DNA from: Zancudomyces culisetae HAW-14-8
Taxonomy: Eukaryota; Fungi; Kickxellomycota
Direction of reading: 5' to 3'
Length of the DNA stretch: 64,000 nucleotides
Assembly: GCA_052426225.1 (NCBI GenBank)
Contig: JBNJNM010000012.1
Span: 248,001 to 312,000 of the forward strand
The translations under genes were made by a program, and so were the position numbers. The first letter of the stretch is position 1; every line of letters begins with the position of its first letter. The notes under the pieces were generated by a model. That model did not search any database. It saw only the letters and a list, made by a program, of their open reading frames with translations, and was not told where the DNA came from. Of the stretch, positions 11,669 through 23,061 are shown piece by piece.

Positions 11669-14600
11669 TTAATATTTGTCAGCCATAATCAAAACAAGCA
11701 ATGATGTCCAGCCGTTGAATGGGTGGGATCGCTGGCCATTACCGGTGTCCTGGTTGTATTGCTCCCAAAAGTTTCCAGTTTTATTGTACGACCCGACGAT
11801 GGTGGAAACCAGATTTGCTTTCAATCTGTTGTAGGTCGCCAAATCGCTCTTCTCTTCCTGGTTATTATGGGGGTTTTGGTGGTGGCCGGAATGTAAAGAC
11901 TTGAGAACCAAGTAGTTTATGTTGACCCAGATTGGACCCTTCCAGTAGTTTTCGCCTTGTTGGTAGTAAGGGTTGGACTTGGCCAACGAACGGATTCCGA
12001 ATTCGGACCACAGTTCATTTGGATCAGTAAGCATATCTATATCATTCCCAAGTAGTTCGGCAGTAGAGACAGAAGAAGGTGATAATAAAAGCCGGGGAAT
12101 TAGCGAGATGTATCCCTTGTGACAAACGTGTTTGATCTTGCTCTTGCTACTCTTCTTGGTATCACTACCGGTACCAGCCGCGGTCTTTGTTTTAGTTGTT
12201 AGCATTATATCACAATACATATTTTTTTGCTTGTTATAGTAAATTTCGTTTAGATACTTTTTGATGTTGTTGTATTTTTCAAGATATAGCATTTGGTCTG
12301 CTGAGAGACCCAAGAAATCCGAGATTTCATAAAGCGATTTGGCCATAAATCCAATCCAACTGATCAAATCTACATGTAGAAATAGCCTTTCTTCATCATC
12401 GATTTCGCTTTTATCACCATCGCAAATCTCATGGAATCTTTTCACAGGTTTTGAAGTCTTGCCACCACCGTTATTTCCTTTCTCTTTTGACTCTACCTCT
12501 TGTTCTGTAGTATAGTAGTAATCGCATCTTGGGTAGTCATCCAAACCACTAGGCAGTAAATGATGTCTGTTTGCTGCAGCACCTTTTTTTAGGCCTTGAT
12601 TCCATTTATATAATTCAATGTTACTATACCCTAGAACACTATCAATCTTTTCAGATTGGGTGTTTAGATACCACTCGTAATTCTTTTTTAGTTTGGTGTA
12701 CAGTTCGTATAGTTTTATTTTACCAATGGATTTGATTTCCTTGTTATTTAGATAGAATCCTTCTTCCTGTTCTTGGCCTTGGTTGTCATCTTGTTCTCTG
12801 CTAAGATGGACTTGTCGATGTTTTCTCATATTAATGGCAGCCTTTTCCATAGGGTCCATCATGATATCATCATTTCCACCTTCATTCTCAACTCCACCAC
12901 TACCACTACTTCCTTGACTTACCGCCTCTGCACCATCCATACCACGCGCTTTACCACCACTACCACGCATTGTTTGCTGTTTTAAAATGTTTAGATACTT
13001 TAGTACAGGCATCAAAAGTGTTGGTGGATTGGCTATGTGTTTATTCTGCACCTGGAATTTTTTAGGAACCTTGCTTCTAGCTTCCTCGCCATATATTTTT
13101 TCTCGAGAAATCCATCCACTAGTTTTATCCATGCTATCAAACCAGCTATTCAGTATCAACAAACTTAGATCCGTATCAAACTCACTCACTATCAGCTGGT
13201 GGAATCCTTCATCCCACAAGAATCCTCTTGGGAAAAACGTTCTGCTTGGTGTTCCCGTAAATATGATTCTTGGTTTTTCATCTTTTATGTCGCTCGTTGG
13301 TGCTGCATCACTGCTATTTTTCTCTTTGGAATTCTGCTGTGCTTTTTCGATCTCCATTTCTAAATCCAGTTCCAGTTCTCTATCCAGCGCATCCTCCTCT
13401 ACAGATCTCTCAGCTCTTCGCTTCATCTCATCACCAACCGCCTCTTCTCTTTGCTTTTCTCGACTCTTTTTATCTCTGGCCTTCGCCATAATGCTCTTTT
13501 CTTCCTCCACTATTTCCTCCCCTTCAAATACACCTATTCCCCCCATCACATTACTAAACGCTGTCTTTGCTACTCCTATTTCTTTCTCACCATAACCCCT
13601 TTCCTGAAGCTTGAACACCCTTTCAAATTTCTCGTCAAATTCCCTGCGTTTTGCCACTATTTCCTCATCTAGTTTGTATTCATGTGTAACACTTGCTGCC
13701 TCCTTCGATGCATTACTGTACTCTATTTTGAACTCAAATTCACCTTCAAAACTAATCTTTATAGCTACCCAGTTGTATCTCCACATTTTCCCCCCTTCGT
13801 CACCACTGCTACTGTTATCATCATTGTCAGTATCATCATCGGAATCACTTTCGTCGTCGTCGCTGTCGCTATTCCCGTTTCTGTTCCTTTTGCTGTTGTT
13901 GATGTAATCATCACTGTTTTTAAGCGAGAACTTTCGGAATTTAAGTAATGAACTTGGGTGCTCTTCGGTCATAATCCTATTAACTTGTTCTTCGCTCATC
14001 CCTGCAAATCTCCTTTGTGCATTTCCAACCAATTCCCGCATAAATATGTCTTTTGCATTCCACCTATCCTCGGGCTGCTTTATATTTCTGGCCATTACCT
14101 CATACTTTACAGCCTCCTTATCCCTCCCCAGTTTTATTATTCCCTGCTTTGGATCACTTGTAAATTTGATCTTGTAGTTGTTATCCTGTTCATCCTTCAC
14201 AACAAGCTCGGCTATACCCGTCGCTTTCAGTTTCTATTTTAATTTTACCAGCATTGTTACTTTTTTATACCAAGCTTCTACAACCGAACACTTTTTTTTA
14301 TTTCTACTATTCTTTTTTTCACATAAAAAAAAACTTGCCTTTTCGATCCCTTCAGAAACACCTATAGTTCCTTTACCACCAATACTGAAATACAATACGA
14401 ATGCTACACCTCTACTCGGAGTATTATTTTCTGAAACTATTTTGTGATATTTTCCAAATCAGCTACATTTTTTTAGTTTTACTTTAACTGTAATTGGAAA
14501 AAGATGTAATAAAATCCCATAGTTAAAAATGAACTGAGTATATATCAAATATAGCTGTATCAACTTTACTTATTTTATTAGTTCCCTTGATTCGTGCTAT

Positions 14601-15235
14601 CCAGTGATCGTCTATTGCATATAAATCATGTAATGTATCAGTCCGCATTTACTAAGTCTCCAAAGACATCTTGTGCGCTTTTACATATTATACAAATGCC
14701 AAAACAAAATAGCTAAATAAAAAAAAGAAAAAGTGGAAACACCAACCTTCAGGTTTAATAAATGTTGTATTAAAGTCCATCAAAAACTTTGAGTCCCTAA
14801 TGGTTTGTTCCGCAAAGCTTTTCCCATCGTGTCTGCTGTATCCGTAATACTCAAGTTTATCATCCATTTCACACGAATGTCTAACGGCTATGTCAATAAA
14901 ACAATATCGTGTTATCAACTACAATGCTACAAACACTGCAATTTTCTCGACTTACTCTGAAATGCATCCATAGTATTATATCCAAACCATGCAGACCCCA
15001 TCGATAATGAGTGTTCCTGTAACGATCGAACTCCAAAGTATAAATTTGGCCTATATGTGCCCCATTCGTACTTTTTTTTCACAGTTGCATCCAGCTTTTG
15101 TAATTTGGCTTTAAGCTTTTCCTCGTGCACATTTCTGTCAAACATACCCTCTTGGTCAGCAGAAATAGTGGCTGATAGTGACAAAAAAGTTAGCACTAAC
15201 AATTTCACTTTTGCGTTCTTTGGATTGAACCTCAT
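11669..15235 (-). CDS. CWH41: Mannosyl-oligosaccharide glucosidase I (GH63); 5 exons including one GC-AG intron
   Basis: N-terminal hydrophobic segment, WGTYRPNLYFG, RHSCE, TPSRTFFPRGFLWDEGFH, ANPPT, SGLDDYPR, HKGYISL, ENYWKGPIWVNINY, FWEQY, HPFNGWTSL. Exon phases are consistent across all four introns. Confidence 0.93.
14234..14338 (-). other. GC-AG spliceosomal intron in CWH41
   Basis: Donor AAG|GCAAGT and acceptor AATAG|AAA; a phase-0 join restores the frame, while read-through hits TAG. Confidence 0.8.
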
Positions 15236-16282
15236 TCTCTACTTTTTTTCTGATTTATATCAGCGATTTCTTTGAACACCTGCTTTTCTCGGAGATCCAA
15301 AAGTGGGACTTTTGAAGATATGTTAATTTAATTTCTGTAAGATATAATCAGTATTTGTGATTGAATAAAGGTAAGTTGGCCAAATGTATTTAAACACTTG
15401 TGAGTTGACCTGCCTCGGAACTTAAGTAGGGGAAAGCAAATATGATTTTTCTAAATTTGGAATGAATCGTTTAAAATCAGTTTTGAATAATTCTATTTAT
15501 ATTACACTGATGTGTGAATGTTATTGGTGTGTGTGTGTCATTCTCTATTGGGTAGTCCAAAATCCAAAGACCGACAAATAGTTTTTATACGGCCAAAATG
15601 CAACAAAAAGTTGTTATATTTGGGTTTATAAATCAAAAGACGGTGACTGAAAATTGAGGTATGTTTCAGCACAAACTTTAAAACATCCACAAATGAAGAA
15701 ACAGGGAGTGAATAAATTTCATCTTTTTAAAAGTGTCAAGATATACTTTTTTCTATTTTATCATCACTGGTATCTATATTATATCGACCTTCCCTCCCCC
15801 TCCCCCCTAAAGTTACTGCTCTGCTATTTAAATGTGAATTTATATAAACGTTTTCACACTATGATCTGGTACGCAGGATAATAGTGAGTAGATAAAAAAT
15901 CTATCTCATCTATCTTAATATCAGTGCATATAACATTTTTTATTCAATGAAATTTTTCTTTTTATCTCGCATAGGCTACAAAGCAAGTTGAACAAGATGG
16001 TGATGCGCTTTAGTTTAGTACTTTCTTTTAACATAGTAGTGGAGTAAACTTCATGTGAACTTGTGTTTTACTAGCTGAACTAGGTGCTGCAGCTACAATT
16101 ACGCGTTGTCGGCCTAAATGCATAGTATCGGTAGAAATAACAACGATCATAGCCATTAGCCATTGGCCATCATCGTGTCTCCACCAGGTGTATATTGGAT
16201 ACTAAAAAATAGTCAATTCGACCGCTCTATAATTTTCTTTTCTTTATTTAAGCATTGAAAAAATGCATTTTTTTACAACCGA

Positions 16283-17450
16283 CTATGCCACAGCTACAAA
16301 CAAAACTTTATACCAAGCTCATCAGGATCGCTACCAGTAAACAGTTTGATCTTTCCTTTAGCTTTCAGCACGTTTAGTGCCTTTTTCAAAATGTACGGAT
16401 CCAGATTTTCAAAAGCTACACAAAGTAAATCCGAGTATTATTCTTTAGTATATAAGCATATGTGTGTGCCGTTATGTCGAAATTCACACACCAACAATAT
16501 GTATAAATGTAAAAAAGATGGTCTTACACGAGCCTACAAAATCTTCGCCTCTAGTTAGTTCATACATGGTAACTATAGAGTCGCCTAATCCCTTTTCGTC
16601 GACCTATTCTCGCAAAATGTGATGTTTTTTAATATTCCGGAAATGACAATTATCCAGTTCCATGGGTTTGGAATTAAACAACAGAGAACTTTTTTTGTAA
16701 ATAAAAAAGAAAGGAAACCCATACCCATTCGATGATGACTCGTGACCACTCTTCAGGAGTTCGCCAGTATATGTAGCACTGGCTTTTGCTACTAAAGTTC
16801 GGATTCCACTCTGCTTTCCCTAGAAGGATGTATTTTAGATATAAGAGTCAATTTCTCTGGTTTTGTTGTATCATTGATAGTAGACTGCCCCTAAAACTAC
16901 AGAGTTATCTCTGCGATATTTATAAGTATGAATATCTACTAATTACCTTTTTTGCACATATTATCTATTATCTCTACGACAAGTTCAAGCTTTGCAGAGC
17001 CTATATGCAAAGTAGACCTGTTGGTATACATGTTTTTTTATAAATACATTTTTTTATTAGGTAAACACTTACGGTTGATTTTAGTGTTGTTAAATATGTC
17101 CATTTCTTGACATTCACTGATGTTCAACACATACTTGTTGTGGAACTTGAAATAGTCCAGTATAAGTTGTATCCATATTCCAAGCTGATCTTGCCAGGTC
17201 TTTTCAGCTGGTTGTCTCCTAGCATACATATAAAGCGTATAAATTTACTACTTTGTTATATTGAAAGTCAAAAAACTCACTGTCCCTCAAAACAGGCTTT
17301 AGAACAAGACCCCAAGGTTTAAACATGTCTAAATTCGACATTTAGTACCCGTCCATTTCCATAAAATGGCAATCTTAAGCGCAATGTACAAGCTACTTAC
17401 GTGAAAAATGGAGGAAAATCGTATGCTTTAGGAAATTCAAACGAATTCAT
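16283..17450 (-). CDS. VPS25: ESCRT-II subunit Vps25; 6 exons
   Basis: Spliced product MNSFEFPKAYDFPPFFT|RQPAEKTWQDQLGIWIQLILDYF..INR|..|GKAEW..CYIYWRTPEEWSRVIIEW|VDEKG..IVTMYELTRG..|FENLDPYILKKALNVL..GIKV; PPFFT and YWRTPEEW are Vps25 hallmarks. Confidence 0.92.
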
Positions 17451-18953
17451 TGTGTATCTACTGTTCATTGTGTAATTTAATATTATGCTAATTCAATTTC
17501 AACAAAAAGACATAGAAGTGATAGTAGTACAATAAGCTGTGCAAAATAATTTATACTATATCACTACTTCTTTTTATATACTCCCACCTAGTGTTTGGAG
17601 TCTTTTATATATATTTAAAAAACAAGCTACCCATAAATTTTGGTGTTTAATCTCTTTTTTGATCCCTATGGCCACCTCATCCGTTATCAGCACATTTATA
17701 TGTTTAACAAGCTAGATGGCATAGTAAGCTTTTTACCTTATTACAATATCGTTTACTCGAACCTTTGAAATAACCAATTCTAGAAATTTTTCGGGTATCA
17801 AAAGTTCAGAGACGTAAATATTTCATTTATTCCAAACGTACTTTTTGTTTTTTCCTTTTCCAACTTCTCCCCTCCACTCTTTGTCTACAATGATTTTAGT
17901 GTAATTATTCAAGTTTTCAGAACCATGCCAAGAATTAGAAAATGCAGAAAGTGGATTTAAATTTAATATACACGCCCAGCTTTTCAATTTCCGTTTAATA
18001 AAGGCAGGAAAAGAGTTGACTTGTTTTGCACAGTTCTTGTGTGCTTTTTTGCCAAGCTTCGTTGTGGATTTTTGATATCCTTGTTATACTATCGCTAGTA
18101 TTATTACTTTATAATTATTATTAGACTTTGGATTTGTTGTTCTTGGCTTTTATCATGAATTGAAAGTTTAATTGGGGTGGCTTGGATAAAACAGCTTTAA
18201 CAATAAAGCCATTTTCATTGCTAATTTGCCAATTATTCTCTTTTTTTTTTCGTTTTGCAATTACCAAGAATTTGGGAAATTTGGCTTCTCTTGTTTCAAA
18301 ACATAATGGGAGTAAATACAGGCGTGGGCGATCTATTCTATTGCAAATCAAGATATTTCAATTCTACAAGGATATTTTTGATCTATAAGGATAGACACTT
18401 GGATAGTAAGCATATTTCAAAAAAAAAAGAATCATGGTATTACAGTATCACAGGGATACACAGCATGAACAAAGAGAATTTCTCATCAGCAAAAGCAGGC
18501 TGATTCTTGGTCATCTTTTATCAGGACTTTTCACATACCACATCATTGTAAGTTCTAAACAAAAAGAAAGGCTACACACACGATTTATTTAATAAAGACC
18601 GCATACACAAAAGCCCACATCCTCAATAATAATTGAGTTGATACAATTTGCTTTTTTTCTTCTCTTTGGTTCAAAAAGCAAATAGTTCAGATATGTAAAA
18701 AAAAAATACTACGTCCCATTGCCCTTCCATAAATCAGACAAATAAACAGATCGGTCAATTACATGGTCTAGTTACTTATAGCTGTACAGCGCAGCTATAT
18801 TATATTTTCAGGTAATACATCCAAAACATAACTCTGTCAAGCTGAACTCTTAGTTGAACTTCTATCAGGTTGGTTTAAAATGTCCGCTATCGTATCGAAA
18901 TTGATTATAACAGTCTTCTTTTAAAATTTAGCTTATATATCATATTTTTTATT

Positions 18954-20120
18954 TTACAAAGAAAGTTCAGAAAAAAGGAAATCAATATCGGGAGTAGAAA
19001 TCAGCTTGTTTTTGATACCTCCCAAAGAAAATAAGCTTTTTCCTTCCATATCGAGGGCAACCAACTGCTGAGCAAACTGACACTCGGTCCCTGGAGTCAA
19101 GTTCATTTTTATACCACTCATCTCCAGTACTACTTTCCCTGACTTGTGTACATATACATTTCCTACAGCACCCTCCACACTTGGTGCTCTTTCTGCTTGC
19201 TTCTCTGATCCACCATCCGTGTTCTGTCCTGAGATATCCGGTTTAACATCGTTTTGCTCTATTAAATCTACTTGCATGCTATCAGTCTTTGCATCAACTG
19301 TCTTTTGTTCAGGAGATCCAACATATCTTGGTATACAGTCGGGGAATTGTATAAGAAAGATTTCGTTATTGGTTTTAGCTGCCTCGATAATGTCTTTTGT
19401 TCTAAATCTTTCGCTGTCCTCGCGCCGTAGTTCGGCCTCGAGTTCCGTTTCAGCTTTAATACCCAGAGCAATATCAGTAGTTGTTTCGACATTTTGATCT
19501 GTTAAAAGCACTACTGGCTCCATTTTCTTGCCCTCAACAGAAACTTCGTCTCCACTATCAAATATATCATTTTCCAGATCATCTCGGTCATCTTGACTCG
19601 TAAGCACAGCTGAAAGTTTATTCGCGCTCTGCTTCCATACTACAGCGTTCGAACCATCTACTACGTCTCTTCGTGTCGATTTCAACGAGTTTAGGGAAGC
19701 AGGACCCATAGCAAATGGGCCTGATACAACTTCCACAAATTTTTCTTTACCTCTTAACCCACCTCTTCTCCCTGTACCCCTTTCACCACCTCTGCCTATA
19801 CCCCTACCCCTACCCCTGCCCCTACCCCTTCCTCTACCCCTGCTTCCCCCTCCTTCGCCCGCACCATCATATGCTGAACCGGAATTTTCGTCAACGCCTT
19901 GGTTTAAAAGAAGGGATGATGAATTTTCCTGTTTGACTCTTCTAACGGGCGCTTTGGGCATGAATCTCATTTTTTGAGCACCACCAAACGTTGTTGAACT
20001 CGTTTTCGCACTTGCCAGTCGTTGGGAATATGAATAGGAAGATGTATCCAACGCCTCTGTTTTTACTTTGGATACATTTTTTCCTGCGTCCCCACTCGCT
20101 CCTTGGTTGTTGTTTTCCAT
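18954..20120 (-). CDS. RPC53: RNA polymerase III subunit RPC4/RPC53
   Basis: N-terminal KMRFMPKAPVRR, RG-repeat region, VSGPFAMGP, and the C-terminal RPC4 domain (FLIQFP..EGAVGNVYVHKSGKVVL..PGTECQFAQQL..LISTPD). Confidence 0.9.
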   Translation of the reverse strand: MENNNQGASGDAGKNVSKVKTEALDTSSYSYSQRLASAKTSSTTFGGAQKMRFMPKAPVRRVKQENSSSLLLNQGVDENSGSAYDGAGEGGGSRGRGRGRGRGRGRGIGRGGERGTGRRGGLRGKEKFVEVVSGPFAMGPASLNSLKSTRRDVVDGSNAVVWKQSANKLSAVLTSQDDRDDLENDIFDSGDEVSVEGKKMEPVVLLTDQNVETTTDIALGIKAETELEAELRREDSERFRTKDIIEAAKTNNEIFLIQFPDCIPRYVGSPEQKTVDAKTDSMQVDLIEQNDVKPDISGQNTDGGSEKQAERAPSVEGAVGNVYVHKSGKVVLEMSGIKMNLTPGTECQFAQQLVALDMEGKSLFSLGGIKNKLISTPDIDFLFSELSL

Positions 20121-20566
20121 CCTGAGTTTCCCGCACTACTGTTTAGAAATATAAGAGCTTTTTTATTGCTTTAGATGAGTATTAAACAACAGGCAACAGT
20201 ATGTTTTTGATTATAGCAGGCTCTATTAAGGGAATGAAAACTATGAAGCAAAAAGTTTTTTCTTTAAAAAAATATTGCCCATCTAACCAGCTACGATCAC
20301 AGGTAAACTGGCCTTACAGAAATTTTTTTTCCACGATTATTGCTGTTAGCCCAATTTTTGCTTATTCCATTCAACTTGATTTTACTTTTACTGCACGAAT
20401 CTAGGCGAAACTAAATAAGATTGGTTAATTTCATTGGATTTATAGCCACACAAAAGTTTTGAACAGCATATAAACCTAAGCTTTTAGGCAAATTGTTTAT
20501 GAAAAGCCTTAGCATATAGTTGAACCATTTTATTATACTTCAATTTGAATAAAGCTTTACTGTTAC

Positions 20567-22660
20567 ATGTTAGGCAAAATGGAAACGAAATTAAGAATAG
20601 ATAGAAATAAATTGAATCCAGATTTTAATGGCTACAAACTCAAGCTAGTGGATAAAAACGAAAAACTGCAAAAAGTGGCGGATTTCAGAAAAGCGGGATA
20701 TGAAATACCTGTACCAGAAGCCAATCCAACTGGAGTTTTTTCAAGTAGCCAGGTTCAAACACGTATACAATTCAATAATTTATTTTGCGGCTATGAGAAC
20801 GATTCTTTGCTGTTTATAAACGATGCAAACGAGCTCTTAAAATATGAAAGAACAAAGGAGGGGGGAAATCGTATCGATAAGCTGATAGATATACCAAGGA
20901 TCGATGTCAAAAGAGAAAAATTGGGACTTAAAACTATACACAGCTTATCTAGGACCTATATTTTAGTATTTGACGGGATTGGGACATTTTATCTGATTGA
21001 ACGATATACAGCAAAAAGCGAACGTGATGAGGAGCATGGACATGAGTATAGGATAAGATACAAACTTGTACTACACGATGAGCAAGCGAATCAAGCTGAT
21101 CAATTAACATTTCCTACCGTTTTGGGCGCAAAAATTATTAAAAACAATGTAAATATCGTGATATGTGATAAGGCGAATTTGAGTACAAAGCAAGCAGGAT
21201 TACATACGGGTGTACAGGAAAGTGGTGGCTTTGAAGTCCAAGTATATGCGGTAGCCATTGAAGAGATATCAGAAACAACCCCAGAAAAAACACCTATAAC
21301 AATCGAATTAAGGAAGAAATATGGGCTAAGAGTTAAAAACATTCCTGAATATTTCTCGTATGTGACAGATGTAGGCAATGACGCGAGGAGTGGCGATGGT
21401 AATGGTAATGGTAGTACAAACAATAATACTTTTGCACATAATTTTATTATTGGAACCGAAACCCGTCCAAAGCTAGTAGCTCCAAACAAACAAGCAAAAG
21501 ATGAAAGCGAGCTGGGTGATAAAAGTGTCGGAAAACACCATCTTTCTTTAGACTATGATGCTAATGAGACTGGAATATGGGAAGGAGAGATAAAACGAAA
21601 GAAATGCTGTGGAAAAGACGAAGAAGCGCATTTTCCACAATACACCTGGATTCAGGAAGACAGAGTTGTTATTTTAACGGTTGATGTCCCTAAAAATTTG
21701 GATAGGCTCATAAGAATTACAAAAAATGACATAGAGTGCATATTTGAGGATAAAAAACTAACGCTAAAATGCCGCCATAATGGAGATCTAGTACTAGACT
21801 TAGACAACGAACCCCTTTATGGGCACGTGATGCCAAGTCAATGTATCTGGACTATAGAGGATAACAGTATACTGGTGATTTATATTGTGAAGGATCAAGA
21901 TGAAGCGGGCGTATATATGCGGTGGCCTCAGGTGTTTGAGCGGGATGATGAAACCTGTGAAACAATGGATCCAGCTGAAGTTGCTAGAATAAGGGAAGCA
22001 CTTATGAAGTTTACAGCTTCTGGAGGTACACAACAGCAACAGGATTCCTTTTACAGCAATGGAAACGCTGACTATTTTTATAATCAACAGAACCAGTTTA
22101 TGTCGGAGCTTGACGATCTTGTGGATTATAACACCACATTATCAAGTTTTTACATTATTGATGAAGAAAACGGGAATATCAACCAAGTGGTTGATACTAG
22201 CGGGATGGATTATCTGTGCACATCCTTTGGATCACCAGGACAAAATAGCAATTATGTTTGTTTGAAGTATGATGTCGATGGTATTTTATTTAAGATCGAG
22301 CCAAAGCCAAGCCATCATAGTACTACTGCCTGGAACCACTCCAAAACCCTAAATGCACTGGGTTTTGTTATGGCCAGTAAATCGGATAAGAAATTTGTGT
22401 ATGTGGACAACAACAATTGTGATTATTTTGTAATTTCAGAATCATCCAAAAGGTTATATATTTACAATTGCGTAGACAATACTGCGGACACCTTAGTTCA
22501 CAATGTTATCGAATTTCCTCTGGAGTATGAATCAAATTCAAGTTCAACTAACACAAGTGCTGCAGCAGACCACGAATTGATTTGTGGTCTACAACAAATT
22601 AATAATGGATCCGAGCTTGCCATTTTGAGCTCGCTGTCAATGTACATATATAAAATTTGA
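20567..22660 (+). CDS. NudC domain-containing protein 1 (NUDCD1-like; CS/p23 co-chaperone domain plus beta-propeller)
   Basis: N-terminal DRNKLNPDFNGYKL; CS domain (YTWIQ..LYGHVMPSQCIWTIE..WPQVF); C-terminal CLKYDVDGILF..H..LNALGFVMASKSDKKF, characteristic of NUDCD1. Confidence 0.82.
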   Translation: MLGKMETKLRIDRNKLNPDFNGYKLKLVDKNEKLQKVADFRKAGYEIPVPEANPTGVFSSSQVQTRIQFNNLFCGYENDSLLFINDANELLKYERTKEGGNRIDKLIDIPRIDVKREKLGLKTIHSLSRTYILVFDGIGTFYLIERYTAKSERDEEHGHEYRIRYKLVLHDEQANQADQLTFPTVLGAKIIKNNVNIVICDKANLSTKQAGLHTGVQESGGFEVQVYAVAIEEISETTPEKTPITIELRKKYGLRVKNIPEYFSYVTDVGNDARSGDGNGNGSTNNNTFAHNFIIGTETRPKLVAPNKQAKDESELGDKSVGKHHLSLDYDANETGIWEGEIKRKKCCGKDEEAHFPQYTWIQEDRVVILTVDVPKNLDRLIRITKNDIECIFEDKKLTLKCRHNGDLVLDLDNEPLYGHVMPSQCIWTIEDNSILVIYIVKDQDEAGVYMRWPQVFERDDETCETMDPAEVARIREALMKFTASGGTQQQQDSFYSNGNADYFYNQQNQFMSELDDLVDYNTTLSSFYIIDEENGNINQVVDTSGMDYLCTSFGSPGQNSNYVCLKYDVDGILFKIEPKPSHHSTTAWNHSKTLNALGFVMASKSDKKFVYVDNNNCDYFVISESSKRLYIYNCVDNTADTLVHNVIEFPLEYESNSSSTNTSAAADHELICGLQQINNGSELAILSSLSMYIYKI

Positions 22661-22979
22661 GTAAAGCTTCGTTTAAAACATAGATATTTTTATTCATGAC
22701 AAAAAATCGACAAAAACCATAAAATTACACAATCATTTCAACTTCAAGACAGGTTGATTAGTTAGCTTAATATTTGCTAGGTTAGTCACCACTTTGGGTC
22801 GGGTAGTACTTTTTAGGTGTTAAGGGGTATTATTAATTTTTGCACATATAGAAGGCAAAATTATTTAGAGGGTGACAGGTAACAAAATGCGTAATCTAAG
22901 AAAGTCAACCACTAATGTTATACCAGATAAGGCCACACCCACAACCACAACTACAGGTGTATACACATGCATATACACA

Positions 22980-23052
22980 TGGATGGGTATAGGTATGGGT
23001 ATGAGTATGGATATGAGTATAGGTATGGGTATAGGTATGGGTATAGGTGTGG
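22980..23052 (+). repeat. Degenerate hexamer microsatellite (ATGGGT/ATAGGT/ATGAGT)n
   Basis: About 12 tandem 6-mers just downstream of the cyclin stop; they produce the spurious PIPIP, MGIGMG and HTYTHT ORFs. Confidence 0.9.
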
Positions 23053-23061
23053 GCATATTTA

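Noticed and set aside
16146-16173. ATGA-stem-TGAT on the minus strand in the VPS25 3' region as a SECIS element (some early-diverging fungi use selenocysteine)
   Set aside because: The helix is only 6 bp rather than about 11-13 bp, and VPS25 has no in-frame UGA. I found no selenoprotein-like frame in the window.
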